A program made the translations under genes and the position numbers. From NCBI GenBank assembly GCA_963729045.1, contig CAVSMN010000012.1, positions 339,683-403,682 of the forward strand: a DNA stretch of 64,000 nt, given 5' to 3'. Positions 21,948 through 39,280 of the stretch are shown here, one piece after another (the first letter of the stretch is position 1; each line of letters starts with the position of its first letter). Below the pieces are notes generated by a model. That model saw only the letters and a program-made list of their open reading frames with translations. It ran no database searches and was not told the origin of the DNA. The stretch is from an uncultured Nitrososphaeraceae archaeon (GTDB lineage: Archaea > Thermoproteota > Nitrososphaeria > Nitrososphaerales > Nitrososphaeraceae).

Positions 21948-22358
21948 TTAAAAAACTGTGATTGGTACTTCCCTATAAAATTGTTGGGCTCTAAATCGAA
22001 TCCGTTCATTTGACGAATATGGTTCTATGCAATGATGATTTAGAAACAGATTCATTCGATCTGTCAAAGACTTTGCCAATCATAAAAAGAATGTGTTGTG
22101 CTTTCATGTAGACTTATGATGTTAGTTTGGATAAATGATATTTTGGTTATCATTTTGGATCATAATGATGATTGGCACCTGCCTCCTTCATAATATAGAC
22201 TTGTAGTTGACTCTGTACTCTCTAAAAAAAATGGGAATAGACTGGGCAGCTAAAAGATAAATCAAATACATATTCACGAACATAGCAAGTTAAATGTTCA
22301 ATAGTCCCCGAATATTTGCTATCCTAACCATTGTATTTGATTTATAATTGTAAGATCA

Positions 22359-22419
22359 ACGGTGTGTTTGCGGTATGTTTACGGTGTGTTTACGGTGTTT
22401 ACGGTGTGTTGCGGTGTGT
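22359..22419 (+). repeat. Six tandem copies of a ~11-bp unit (a/g)cggtgtgttt
   Basis: acggtgtgttt gcggtatgttt acggtgtgttt acggtgttt acggtgtgtt gcggtgtgt. Confidence 0.9.
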
Positions 22420-22724
22420 CAGACACCAGATTTAGTTAAAAAGGAGATAAAGAGTTTTTGGGTTTAGACTTTAAACCAGCAAGAATATCTAAAGAGGTTA
22501 TCGAGAAGATGATTCCAGGACTATTCTAGATGAAGATGCAATAGTCAACCCCATTCGAATACTATGCTATTACAGATAGAATTTCTTCTAGATAATTCTG
22601 ATGTTAGACATGAAAGAAAAGTAATAAAGGTCTAATATGTACAATATCCAAAACCGGAGAGCACCGATAGACAATGCCGGCTTTTAGGAAATAAATGACA
22701 CAGGCAAAAAGAGTTAATTATATG

Positions 22725-22744
22725 TCTGATATCATGATATCAGA
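22725..22744. promoter_or_regulatory. Perfect 20-bp palindrome, candidate operator
   Basis: tctgatatcatgatatcaga equals its own reverse complement; core atcatgatat recurs at ~22770. Confidence 0.45.
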
Positions 22745-23584
22745 TTTTTTAGTCAGGCAAGGACGATGAATCATGATATATCAAGGACTAATGAATTAAA
22801 ATGATTTAACCATGAGCACAATGGGCTGCACAGAACCTTACTTTTAAGTGGTTTATGAATATGTTCCAAGTATAGTGTTTACCAGTCAATATTGTTCTAT
22901 TGATATAAAAGCGACACCAAGGGATACCAGCACTGTCATAATTACCCAAAATATATCTGTATATAAGACGTATCTGCTTATATAACATTAGTTCATCGCC
23001 GTGTCAGAGAAATACTAGTGCTATATGATTTTTTAGCAATGAAAAATGGGGATTAAGGACCAAACAGTAGTTTTAAAAATGATTGTATAATTTATGAAGA
23101 GAAAGGGGAAGAAGGTCGAAAATAGTTTTTCTATAGCGCAAGCCTTTCTCTAAATAGTCAAATATTGCTATAAAATCCCGAGATGTATCTTAAATCGTCG
23201 CAATCTCATTGATTGAAGTTCCCCCAGTATTATGATGTTTTATCGACACACGAGACAACAAGATAGAATTAATAACCCGCAATTGCTGTCTTGAAGACCC
23301 ACTTATAGGAAATCAGATTGATTAATTGCCATTAAGATTAAAGATTCACAACAATTTAGGGTTGCTCTCTATTCGACAATATATTTTTATGATATGAAGA
23401 TACCTCTAAATAAACTTCAGAGGTTTTAATCTGCCCTTCACTAGTGCATTTTCTATCTTTCAAAAGTGCTTATAATAAAGTTAATATCCGCAATAGACAT
23501 ACAAATTGATATCAACTGCAAAGCAACTCTTAATAATTACGGAAAAGATGTTAACAAAAATGGGGTGAATAGAATCATTGAAAG

Positions 23585-24160
23585 ATGACGAAAAAGGTCC
23601 AAAATAATGAGAATAATGATACGGCTAAACTACCCTTCGTTAATGAAAAATTCGTAGATTTATTTGAAAATTTCTTCAAGCAGTTGACAGAATTGAATAA
23701 GATTTCTACAGTTGGTCCATTTATTTCCATGATAAATGATCCTCAGATTAATATGAATAACATGAGGGAATATGGAAATGTTTTGATTAACTATCAAAGA
23801 TATCTCAATAAATATTTGACCCAAATGATTAATTCATATCTTCTGGCCTTGGACAAAGTTTCTGCAGGAATAGATGGCAAAAATGCACATGAAACTCGCA
23901 TGCTAATAATTAATTCATTTGAAGATGTTTTCTCTAGTATGTTTGAGTCGACAGATTTTTCAATCAATTATAACAATCTAATTAATATATATATTGATTT
24001 AAACAAGAGTTATCAAAAATTTTATGATGCCTCGCTTCCTATGTTGAACAGACAGTCGTTGAGTAAAGAAGAAAAAGATTTATTGTTCAAAGAGCTATAT
24101 GAAATAAAGAAGATTACTTTAGAAATCAAAAACAAGATGAAAGAGAGAAAAAATGAATAA
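23585..24160 (+). CDS. phaE: Class III PHA synthase subunit PhaE
   Basis: Overlaps the phaC start; helical, with a C-terminal 'KDLLFKELYEIKK' coiled segment. Confidence 0.75.
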   Translation: MTKKVQNNENNDTAKLPFVNEKFVDLFENFFKQLTELNKISTVGPFISMINDPQINMNNMREYGNVLINYQRYLNKYLTQMINSYLLALDKVSAGIDGKNAHETRMLIINSFEDVFSSMFESTDFSINYNNLINIYIDLNKSYQKFYDASLPMLNRQSLSKEEKDLLFKELYEIKKITLEIKNKMKERKNE

Positions 24161-25226
24161 AACTATTTTGGATCACTATTTGAATGAATATGTGAATTTT
24201 GTAAACGAACCTGAAAATTTTAGAAAATTAACAGAGATGAAAAGATTATTATCAAATATAGAAAAAATTAAAACAGGACAAACCGAATATGAGGTCATCA
24301 AGGAGACCGGTCTTTTTCGATTGTTGCATTATAAGTCAACTAAAGAACGTGTTTACAAATATCCTTTGATTATAGTTTATGCCCTAATCAACAAGTCATA
24401 CATCCTAGATTTGCAACCAAACAAAAGTTGGATAAAAAATATTCTAGATCAAGGCATAAACGTATACCTTGTTGACTGGAAGTCACCGGGCAAATTTGAT
24501 AAATTTACAACTATTGATGATTACGTCAATCTTTTTATTTATGATTGCGTGGAGATTGTAAAAAGCATTGAGAACATAGACAAGGTTTCACTTCAGGGCT
24601 ATTGTATGGGTGCTACAATGTCGTTAATTTATACGTCATTGTATCAGAAAAATGTGAAGAATTTGATAACTGTGGCTCCAGTAGTAGATACCGAGAAGGA
24701 TAAGACGGTCATAAAAAATATGGCTCAGAATATGGATATTGACAAAGTTTTATCACATTATGAAAATTTCCCTTATGAGTTATTATATAGTCTATATGGA
24801 TCTTTAAAACCATTCAAACAGGGAGTAAACAAGTACTTGAATCTGTTTGATAATCTTAAAGATGAAAGTTTTGTTCAAAATTTCTTGAGAGTTGAAAAGT
24901 GGTTGTATGATACACCTCCAATAGCAGGAGAAACATTTAGGCAGTGGATTAAAGATATTTATCAGAAGAACCTTTTTTCAAAAAACAAATTGGTTGTGGG
25001 TGAAAATCGGATAAATCTAGCAAACATCAAAGTCCCTTTATTAAATGTAGTAGCGGACCAAGACCATCTAGTATCTCCGGAATGTAGTGTTTCTCTGAAT
25101 AATCTTGTATCAAGCACAGATAAGAATTTGATGAGATTTTCGACTGGTCACGTAGGATTGATTGCTAGTGGGTATTCTCAAAACGTGGTGTTGCCCAAGT
25201 TGGGCAATTGGATAAAGATTCATTGA
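24153..25226 (+). CDS. phaC: Class III PHA synthase subunit PhaC
   Basis: 'PLIIVYALINKSYILDLQP', lipase box 'GYCMG', catalytic D ('DHLV') and H ('TGHVG'). Confidence 0.95.
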   Translation: MNKTILDHYLNEYVNFVNEPENFRKLTEMKRLLSNIEKIKTGQTEYEVIKETGLFRLLHYKSTKERVYKYPLIIVYALINKSYILDLQPNKSWIKNILDQGINVYLVDWKSPGKFDKFTTIDDYVNLFIYDCVEIVKSIENIDKVSLQGYCMGATMSLIYTSLYQKNVKNLITVAPVVDTEKDKTVIKNMAQNMDIDKVLSHYENFPYELLYSLYGSLKPFKQGVNKYLNLFDNLKDESFVQNFLRVEKWLYDTPPIAGETFRQWIKDIYQKNLFSKNKLVVGENRINLANIKVPLLNVVADQDHLVSPECSVSLNNLVSSTDKNLMRFSTGHVGLIASGYSQNVVLPKLGNWIKIH

Positions 25227-25233
25227 ATCTATT

Positions 25234-25542
25234 TTAGTTTTTTTGCGAAGTCTTTGGTTTGCGAGCCAAAGGTATGATAATAACTTGCACGAGATCACCC
25301 TCTTCAATTCCTAGTGCCTGTCGCTCTGCCTCTGGGATTGATATCCTACCACCACTTTGGACATTTGTTTTAAACATCGCATTATAATTAGTAAAACCTT
25401 GAAGCGAGGAGAACATATTTTGGAAAGCATTATATTGAAAATTTGAAAATTGTCTTACCATGTCTTGCTGAAATTCTGCGGTCTTTTCGATTGTCTTTTT
25501 TAAGTCAGTATTCTTATCGCCATTTTCATTTTCATTACTCAT
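25234..25542 (-). CDS. phaR: AbrB-domain regulator, haloarchaeal PhaR-like
   Basis: C-terminal 'FKTNVQSGGRISIPEAERQALGIEEGDLVQ' AbrB fold; Q/F-rich N-terminal helix; convergent with phaC. Confidence 0.75.
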   Translation of the reverse strand: MSNENENGDKNTDLKKTIEKTAEFQQDMVRQFSNFQYNAFQNMFSSLQGFTNYNAMFKTNVQSGGRISIPEAERQALGIEEGDLVQVIIIPLARKPKTSQKN

Positions 25543-25598
25543 AGAAAATTAAATATCTCATCAATATTTTAATGTTGTAAAGGTTTTATAAAATTAAA

Positions 25599-26426
25599 TC
25601 AAGAGTCTATAAATTTTTCAATAATTTCATAAAATTCAACTGGCTTTTCAACATACGGAGTATGACCGCAGTCTTCCATTATCAATGTCTTCACATTTGG
25701 CATTTGCTTAAAATATTCTATATTTTCTACTGGTATGGTCGTGTCATTTCTTCCCCAGATAACCAACGTGGGTACAACTATTTCCACCAATCTTTTTCGT
25801 AAAGTTTGATCTTTGCGCATTGCAAGTAAGGTTGAAATGAGCGAATACTTGGCATTAGGGAGTTTCATTCTATTCATATAGTCCTTAACTGTTCCAACAT
25901 CGACGACATATTCTCGGTTATTGGCCATCATTTCAAACGCCCTATGAACATTTTCAGAAGTTGGATATAAGCCAGAGAAAATATACTGACTCAAAACATA
26001 TGTTGGTTTTTCTAATGTTCCGGCAGGAGAAACTAAAATGATTTTCTCAAAGAAATCTCTATGAGTTAAACTGAACTCCAATGCCAACTGTCCTCCAAAT
26101 GAGGAGCCAATTATTACTGGATTTTGAATTTGCATTTTCTCAAAGAAAACCTCTAAGAATTTAATAAAAAATTCTATTGTATATTCTATGAGGGGTTTTT
26201 CACTATATCCGAATCCTACGAGATCAGGAATCACTACGTTGTATTTTTTTAATAAAGGCCATAAATCAGCCCATCTTTCTGCAGATGCACCTAACCCGTG
26301 TAGCAAGACGATGGTTTTCTTTGATTCTGGATGATCAAACTTAATAAATCTTATTTTGTAACCTAGTATTTCAATAAAATCCATACTTTGATTACTTTTT
26401 TTGTGTTGATTAAATACCAGGCTCAA
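25599..26426 (-). CDS. Alpha/beta-fold hydrolase
   Basis: 'LLHGLG', 'PDLVGFGYS', 'GSSFGG', 'WGRND', 'CGHTP'. Confidence 0.9.
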   Translation of the reverse strand: MSLVFNQHKKSNQSMDFIEILGYKIRFIKFDHPESKKTIVLLHGLGASAERWADLWPLLKKYNVVIPDLVGFGYSEKPLIEYTIEFFIKFLEVFFEKMQIQNPVIIGSSFGGQLALEFSLTHRDFFEKIILVSPAGTLEKPTYVLSQYIFSGLYPTSENVHRAFEMMANNREYVVDVGTVKDYMNRMKLPNAKYSLISTLLAMRKDQTLRKRLVEIVVPTLVIWGRNDTTIPVENIEYFKQMPNVKTLIMEDCGHTPYVEKPVEFYEIIEKFIDS

Positions 26427-26742
26427 TTGTTGAATAATGTTCTATAATTGATATGTTTAATATATATAATTTTTAAAAGAAACATTAATTTTTATAAGGA
26501 GAATACAGGATAAGACTCCATCAAATTATTTTCTATATAATTTTAGAAATTCTAACTAATAGCTATTCTTTACGCATGAAATAGAAATGTAGTTCATATT
26601 TTTTGTGTATTTGTGTAGTGTAGTGCAATTAAGATAAGATAATGTATTTTACATACATACTTTTGCTTACTTACTTACATACTTGTTTGCTTGTATTTGT
26701 TTTTTATAGTTACTTGTCGGTTGTAATTTTTTAATTACAGAT

Positions 26743-29690
<2,948 letters not shown>

Positions 29691-30545
29691 CAGTCCAGTA
29701 GTTATAAATTAATTAATAAATTAATTAATTAATTAATTAATTACTTTTTTATTTGGAGTTTCTTTCTTTGTCCTTTGGATCTTTTGTTTGTTATTAGTTA
29801 TCTAGTTAGTTAGTTAGTTAGTTAGTTCCACTTGTGGTAGAAAAGTCTAATTCAATTTGGTTGGTATTGGTATTTCGTATGTATGTTTATATATTAAATC
29901 TGTTTGCACTACAACCAGTTACACATAATATTTTACTACAATTCACTATTCCATTATTACGCGAATAGTTATTGTTGTTACTTCTTCGATTATATGTAAT
30001 TGATAATTTGACGGAGTTTTCCTTTACATGATGATCATTGTAAACTCACATTTACTACATCAACTTCATTCTTTATCTTCTACTCCTCATTTACATGAGA
30101 CAAAGAATTGCATCCGATACTATATGCTGATTTTAATTGGAATGATCAGATAGATGATTTATGATTTTGTTTAGAATATCTATTATAATATTTACACAGA
30201 TTACGCCAATAGAACTCTAACAAATATGAATATTTTTTGTATAAAAATACAACATACTAATCAGTTTTTCAAACCGTATGAAAAATGAAGGAATTGATTG
30301 ATCAGTTTTGATTTGATTGCACTCCCTTCTTTATCTACCATCCTACTCTACTGCTATACTATCTTATCATCGTCCATTCGTAATGGACAGGACAGATAAG
30401 TGTGTATAGTATGGATTGATAGATATGATAGATAGATTTAGGGATTTTATTTTATTTTATTAGTATAATTATTGTAAAGTCTCGCAGATTAGAAAGAGCA
30501 CAAGGCCCTTTCTAACCCACTACCACTACTACAATATAATAACTA

Positions 30546-32014
<1,469 letters not shown>

Positions 32015-33125
32015 CAAATAAAGTAAATAATGGCTGTAGAATTATTATTTACTTTATTATAAATCGTCGGTTGATTCTCACATAAACAAACTAACTTTTT
32101 TTAGGGTTTGTTTGTTTATTTTATATATAAATATCGTCCATTTCTCTTCTTCTTCTTCTGTTATCTTCTTCCCCATCTCAGGAAAGAAATAGATTGAAAA
32201 ATTGAAAGGACGTTTATTGAGTTTCTTTCTTTATTGTTATTCTATTTCAGATTAACAATAAAGAGAAAGAGTACGATCGAAAAACTAGATTTGTATGTTG
32301 TTTTTTTTTACAAATAATAAAATCACACATTAGCTAGATTTGTTCTATAGGATCATCTTTAATGCAATTATAATAGCATTATAGTGATCTATACTTCGAT
32401 ATCATCTATCTGATCATTCCCATGTCAGATTCAATCTATCAGGTCAGCACTGATTTTTTTGATCGAATCTCCAATACGTTATGATGAATCTATTTAGATG
32501 TATTTTAATGCTCGATCCTTATAGGATCGATCTCATACCGAAATACTCATGATTCTATGATTACTGTAAAGAGCGCACCTGGAGGTCTGTAAATCACATT
32601 GTGGCACTTGCCAACTTCATTACCGACGCCGCCTTTTGTCTTGGATGCGTTCACAAGTGTTTAGTTAAATGATAATATTAACTTTAGGGTTGCAAGATTT
32701 ATCAAAAAGATTTTTCCATGTACAATTCAATCCCAATCACACTTACTGCATCAAAATCAGTACCCTGACATCTATACACGAGCTAAATATAGCAGCCATG
32801 ATTGTGTACAAGAACCACCATGTAGAGTTAATCATGTCTTCATTTGGTATAACTCAAAAAAAATATTTACCAAATTAAACTAGTTAGTTTCGTTATAATT
32901 GAAATTTAGAATTTGAGCTAAGAAATCGGGATAAAGAGCTGGATTCCTTGGGAAGTATGATTTATCCTCTTTAAAATATCTGAGAATATCTTATTACTCG
33001 AAACTATTTTATCCCAAACATCATACGGAATTCGAAAATCTTCAAAATGTTATCATGACAAATTTGATATGCTAAATTGATATCCAACAAATTAATTTTT
33101 AAAAGGCAGAATAAAATAAACAATA

Positions 33126-35849
33126 GTGCAGCAAGTAAATTTGGCATCAGATAAGAAAGATGAATATTATTCAAAGAAACTACCCGAAGATATACCGTCC
33201 TTGCTTCTTTCATCCTTCTATGTAGGGGAAAAAAAATCTGTTTTCCTAAAGTTTTATAATCCTGCTGACTCACAAATTTATTTTTGGAGCGAGTATTTTA
33301 TAGGCAATACTAGTTCAAAGAAGCATCAACCTTACTGTTTTGTTAAAAAAAAATTTGAAGTTGAAGCAAAGAGTGTTGTAGATCAAGAATCAACCAAATT
33401 CCAAATTCAAGAAGTGAAAAAAGTAGATGATATTGTAGATGAAGAAATAGAGGTACTCAAAATTTTGGCACCCGACCCTCTGTCAATCGGGGGTACAGAT
33501 AATAGTTTTAGGGAGAGAGTTACTTCTTGGGAAGCAGATATAAAGTATCATGAAAGCTATCTCTATGATTTAGGACTAATTCCGGGGGCTTTTTATAAAA
33601 GAATCGGCAATAACTTGGTATTTCACGAATTCCCAATGCCAAAAAAGGTAGATCAATATTTAGAGAGCTTGTTTGCCTCTAACAAATTCCAGAACAATTT
33701 CAGTAGCAATGAGTATGACAAGTTTTTGCTGAAATGGTCACGTTTACTGAATCAACCCATACCTGATATAAAGAGAATTGCTATAGACATTGAAGTTGAT
33801 TCTGAGGAGGGAAGAATGCCAACTGCACGAGACCATGATCGCCTAATAACGGCAATCGGCTTGTCTGCATCTGATGGGTTCAAAAAAGTTTATGTTCTAA
33901 AAAGGGAGGAGAATATAGATCCAACAACATTAGACCCCAAGCATAGTACTTTGTAACTCTGAAAAAGAGATGCTTTTGTTAGCTTTTGATGTATTAAGTA
34001 AATATCCGGTTGTGTTAACATACAATGGCGATGATTTTGATATGCCTTATTTATATGCAAGGTCTCAGGACCCTGCGATTGATCCTGCAGATAGGAAGCC
34101 AATTGATAAAGAACAGGTGCCTATTCTGGTAAAAAGAGAATCATTTATGAAAAGAGGAATACAAGCAGATCCAGTCACCATCAAGTCAGGAATTCATATT
34201 GATCTTTTTAGGACATTTCAGAATAAATCCGTGCAAAACTATGCCTTTAGTCATAAATATTCAGAATTCACTTTGAGAGCCATATGTGAGGCACTGTTAG
34301 AGGATACAAAAATCGAATTTGAGGGAAGTATTAGCGATCTTTCCATTAGAAAAACTTGCAGAATATTGTCTTAAAGATGCTGATCTAACTTTCAGATTGA
34401 GCGCCTTTAACGATAATTTGCTCATGAAACTAATAATAATTATTTCGAGAATCTCTAGAATGTCTATTGAAGATATTACAAGATTCGGGGTGAATCAATG
34501 GATTCGGTCTTTAATGTTTTTTGAACATCGACAACAGAACATACTTATACCTAGAAGAGATGAGTTACTTCAAAAAGGATCTTCATCAACCACTGCAATA
34601 ATTAAAGAGAAAAAATATCGAGGTGGATTAGTCGTTGAACCCGAACTTGGAATTCACTTTAACGTAGTTGTGGTGGATTTTGCAAGTTTGTATCCTAGCA
34701 TTATTAAGGTACACAATTTGTCTTATGAAACAGTAAATTGTCCTCACAACAAGTGCAAAGATGACCCGCTTAATCATATCGAGGGAACAACCCATTGGAT
34801 ATGTAGGAAGAAAAGGGGGATGACTTCAATTCTAATTGGAACTTTACGTGATTTACGGGTAAATTACTATAAACATCTGTCCAAAGATACCAGTCTTGGT
34901 AAAGATGATAAACAACTTTATGGTGTTGTGAGCCAAGCAATTAAGGTAATTTTAAATGCCACATACGGAGTCATGGGAGCAGAGATATTTCCACTCTATT
35001 GCCTGCCTGTCGCAGAGGCTACTGCCGCCATTGGGAGAACTACTACGACCAGAACGATAAACAAATGCGATGAGAATCATATCAAGGTAATATATGGAGA
35101 TACCGACTCGTTATTTTTGAAAAATCCTAGTCCTGATAGCCTGAATACGATTTCTAATTGGGCCAAATCTGAACTGGGAGTTGATTTGGAAATAGACAAG
35201 CGTTATCGGTATGTTGTATTTAGTGATCTAAAGAAAAATTATTTGGGTGTACTTGAAGACGGGACTGTCGATGTCAAGGGGTTAACTGGAAAAAAATCTC
35301 ATACCCCACCGTTTATTAGAAACGCATTTTATGAGATACTAAATGTGTTGAAAGGATATCTTTACGGAGAAGGACTTTACCAATGCTAAAACTAGAATAA
35401 AAAAAATAGTTCATTCTCTTGCAGAAGACCTTGAGAAGAAAAGTATTCCTTTATCTGATTTAAGTTTTAATGTAATGATAAATAAGTCTCCAGAAAAATA
35501 CGGGATCAAATTTCAAGAAAATAGAAATCATCGCGCCATTTCTTTAGATGGTAAAGATAAGAATATAGAAAGCATAAAGGGAATCCCTCAGCATATAAAG
35601 GCCGCAAAACAACTTGTCGAATTAGGACGACAACTCAAAGCTGGCGATATTATTTCCTATGTTAAAACAAGGACTATTGAAGGAGTAAAACCCGTTGAAT
35701 TAGCTAACAAAATGGATATAGATACTGAGAAATATCTTGATACAATGGAATCTACCTTCGATCAAATCTTATCATCACTAAATTTGAATTTTAAATCTAT
35801 AATTGGAAAGCCTAGGCAATCCAATCTTGATGAGTTGTTTTGGACTTGA
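33126..35849 (+). CDS. polB: Family B DNA polymerase (PolB1-type), three apparent frameshifts
   Basis: Exonuclease 'DIEVD' and 'YNGDDFD'; polymerase 'DFASLYPSII', 'KVILNATYG', 'YGDTDS', 'KKNY'. Confidence 0.95.
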
Positions 35850-35889
35850 ATATCTTTCAAAATAATTCTTATAACATATTTGAATAAAC

Positions 35890-36865
35890 ATGGATAAAAT
35901 CTCTTATTTAGAAAACTTCTTTATTCCTCCAGAGAAAACAGTCGCAGGGCACACTTTTTGTGATATTCCTATCCCTATTACATTTGATGCTTCGAAAATA
36001 TGTATAGTAGGAATCCCAATAGATATAACAACTACATTTGGAAAAACAGCATCTTTTGGCCCTGAAGCAATTCGAACCACTTCAGCAAAACAAATCGAAA
36101 CCCTTGTTTTTGAGGAGGACGTTGAGATTTATGAGAAGGCATTGATTTATGATATTGGTGATGTAAATTTTGGGAAACTTAATGACGGTAAGATTAGCGA
36201 TATTAAGGAAATTAGTAAATTTTGGGTAGAGTTTGACAGCAAGTTGTCTTCAGTGTTAAGAATTATAGTGGATTCAAACAAAATACCTGTTATCCTAGGT
36301 GGTGAACATACAATTACATATTCTATTTATAAGGAACTATCTGAAACACATCCACTATTAATCCATTTTGATGCTCATCGTGACATGAAATCGATTTACC
36401 AAGGTATGTCGATGTGTCATACAACTCCATTTTATCATCTGATTAGGGAAGGTTATCTTAGAGGGAACGATTTAGTCCAAATCGGCATAAGGCAAGGAGA
36501 TAGAGAAGAGAATAAATTCGCAATTGACAATGGCGTTATTACTTTTGATGCATGGGAATGCAACAGTTCTCTGGAGAAGGTCTGTACAGTGGTTAAAAAC
36601 AAACACCTACAAACGAGACATTTACATATCATTTGATATCGATGTTTACGATATATCTTATTTACCTTGCACTGGAACACCAGAACCATTCGGATTAAAT
36701 CCCTTTCAAATATTAGAGCTTGTCAATAGCATAAGCGATACAGCAAGATTAGTTGGAGTTGATTTTGTTGAAACTGGTCTAAAGAACAATGATTATAGAG
36801 AAGGGGCGTTGGCAACCCAAACTCTACTTAGGATTTTGTCTAGACCATACATGTCCAATCTTTGA
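35890..36865 (+). CDS. speB: Agmatinase / arginase-family ureohydrolase (frameshift near 36580)
   Basis: 'GGEHTIT', 'HFDAHRD', 'SFDIDVYD', 'TGTPEPFG'. Confidence 0.85.
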
Positions 36866-36893
36866 ATACTGTATATCCACCAGTACAAATTTC

Positions 36894-38826
36894 CTAAGAA
36901 GCAATTTTTGGTCTCTTTGAGAGGAATTCAGGCAAATTGATGGGAAGGTCGGGCTTGCCTTTCATCGGTTCTTTAATTATATCTATCAATTCATCTATGT
37001 TTGTAGAATAACTTAATTTTTTTAACCTATCTCGGACTGAAATTGAATTAGTGGCAACTTCTTTCTCACCGATTATTATAGTATAATGAATCCATTCAGT
37101 TTCCGCATCTCTAATCTTTTTGGATAGAGTATCCTCCCTATCGTCAATATCCGCGCGAATAGAATTAATTTTCAGCTGCTTTAGTAGTTCAACACATTTA
37201 GGGATAAAATCGTCTCTCACGGGAATTAATCTTACTTGGGTATTCATTAGCCATATTGGTAAATATGGTGTTTTTCCTTCTTTCATCATCTTGGCAGATT
37301 TTTCGAGCAATGCAAAAATGACCCGCTCAATAGCTCCGCTAGGTGAATTATGCAAAATTATGGGATTTTTCTTATTGCCTGACTCATCTATGAAGGTAAT
37401 GCCGTATCGTTCCCCGTTTTCAATATCAATTTGATCTGTAGCTAGCGCAGACGCTTTGCCAGAGTTATCTAGAAAATTGAACTCCCATTTTAATACAAAA
37501 TAAAAGAATCTATCGTCCCACATCTCCACGAGAACTGGCTTACCAATCTTCGTTACTAAACTGTTGAACAAACTCTTTGTTATTAGTATAAAATTCATTG
37601 GTAAATCTTATGGCCATCTCTAAATCTTTTTCAATAGAGATTCCAATTTCTTCCATCACAGAAACAGATAAATCAAGTCGTTTCAAAAATTCAATTTTGG
37701 CCTGATCAATATCTTTACAAAATGCATGACAATCAGGCATACTAAATGCACGCAACCGCCTTAATCCAACCAGTTCTCCACTCTTTTCTCTCCTGAAACT
37801 ATATCTGGTTAGTTCGTATAGTTTAAGTGGTAAATTCTTATATGATATCTGAAAGTCTTTAGTCATTAGGAATTGGCCAAAACAGGCGGCAAATCTCAAA
37901 AACAAATCTTTCTGATCTGATTTAATATTGTACTGTCTTGCAGGAAAGCGATTGAAGTAACTCTCCATCGATGGATGGTGGGAATCATACATTATTGGTG
38001 TTTCTACTTCTAATCCACCATATTGAGAGACTTTTTTGGTCACGAACTGTTCTAGTAACGATTTTAACAATCGGCCTTTTGGATAAAATCTCATGTTCCC
38101 AGAATCAGAGGCCGGCTCATAATCGGCTATACCCAATTTTCGCATCAACTTAACGTGAGGGGGTTGATCTTCCACTGTTCTTTTTCGAAGTATTTCATAT
38201 TTGAACAAATTCTCTAGATTGATTTCAGATTTTTTAAATTTATAGTCATTGTAAGGGATCAAATCCCCGTCAACAGTTAGGACATACCAATTTGATTTTA
38301 GATCCTTCTCAGCAGCTAATGCACTAGAGAATGATCCTTCGCTTTCATTAATGTCTGATTTTGAAGTAGCAATTTCAACCAAAGTATTTGTCTGTCTCTC
38401 AGGATTTTTTTTAACAATAAGTCTTGAATTTTCCGATAATGGATGGCCCTTTATCTTGATCCCCAGTTCTTTTGTCCATCCAAATGGAGCTCTTTTAACC
38501 ACGATGGTATCGGTACGAGCCCTTAAGGCATTTTCTAACTGGATCATTAATTTATATGCACTTTTTGGCGGTTCTAGAGTCGAACTAAGATGTGCATATG
38601 GATAAATTAAAACAGAGTTACACTTAATTTTCTTAAGATATTCTAAAGTTTCCTTTATAAAGTCTTCAATTAGAGTTTCATCATCTCCCTGCTCTATCGA
38701 TGTTAATATAACAACTGTATCTTCTATTCGTTCCTTCTCATTCTTTAATAAAGGTTCAGCATCATCTATTTCCTTTTTGACAGGCAAATATTCTACAAAA
38801 TCTACATGTAACTGTAATATTCGCAT
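36894..38826 (-). CDS. thrS: Threonyl-tRNA synthetase, archaeal type with N-terminal editing domain (frameshift near 37570)
   Basis: 'MRILQLH', 'YPYAHLS', 'RAPFGW', 'LRFAACFG', 'LRAFSMPDCH', 'LHNSPSGAIER'. Confidence 0.95.
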
Positions 38827-38917
38827 ATTTACTAATTAAAATATTTAGTTTGATATATTCCATACCTATTTGAAAACAAGTGAAATGTTTTTGTCTCAGA
38901 ATTGATGCTGATAAGAT

Positions 38918-39280
38918 GTGGGAATAGTGGATTTCACCCTAGCGTGTTCGAATGATGATTCTCAGGAATACTGTACATACGATAATCCGATTTCTGAACC
39001 TAATGATCAATTAGATTACTCACTCATGTTTGTCGTCTCCAAAGAATCTGAATTATCAAATGCTAAGAGCTTCACTCATATCGAAGAGCTTATAGAAAGA
39101 GTAATTGCTCACGAAACAATCCACGTCGTTATTTTGGAATTGGAAGGAAGGGATTCATCTGATAAATTGGATGATCTTGAAATATCTATTACATTTGGAG
39201 CTGGAAGGACACATTTGATTAGGATGAATTTTTTGGGATACGCGAGTGATAATACTGGCTTAGTAACTACTACTCTGTAA
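38918..39280 (+). CDS. Small protein with HExxH zincin-like motif
   Basis: 'VIAHETIHVV'. Confidence 0.55.
   Translation: MGIVDFTLACSNDDSQEYCTYDNPISEPNDQLDYSLMFVVSKESELSNAKSFTHIEELIERVIAHETIHVVILELEGRDSSDKLDDLEISITFGAGRTHLIRMNFLGYASDNTGLVTTTL

Noticed and set aside
22359..22419. Possible CRISPR array
   Set aside because: Units of 9-11 bp are directly adjacent, with no spacers and no cas genes in the window
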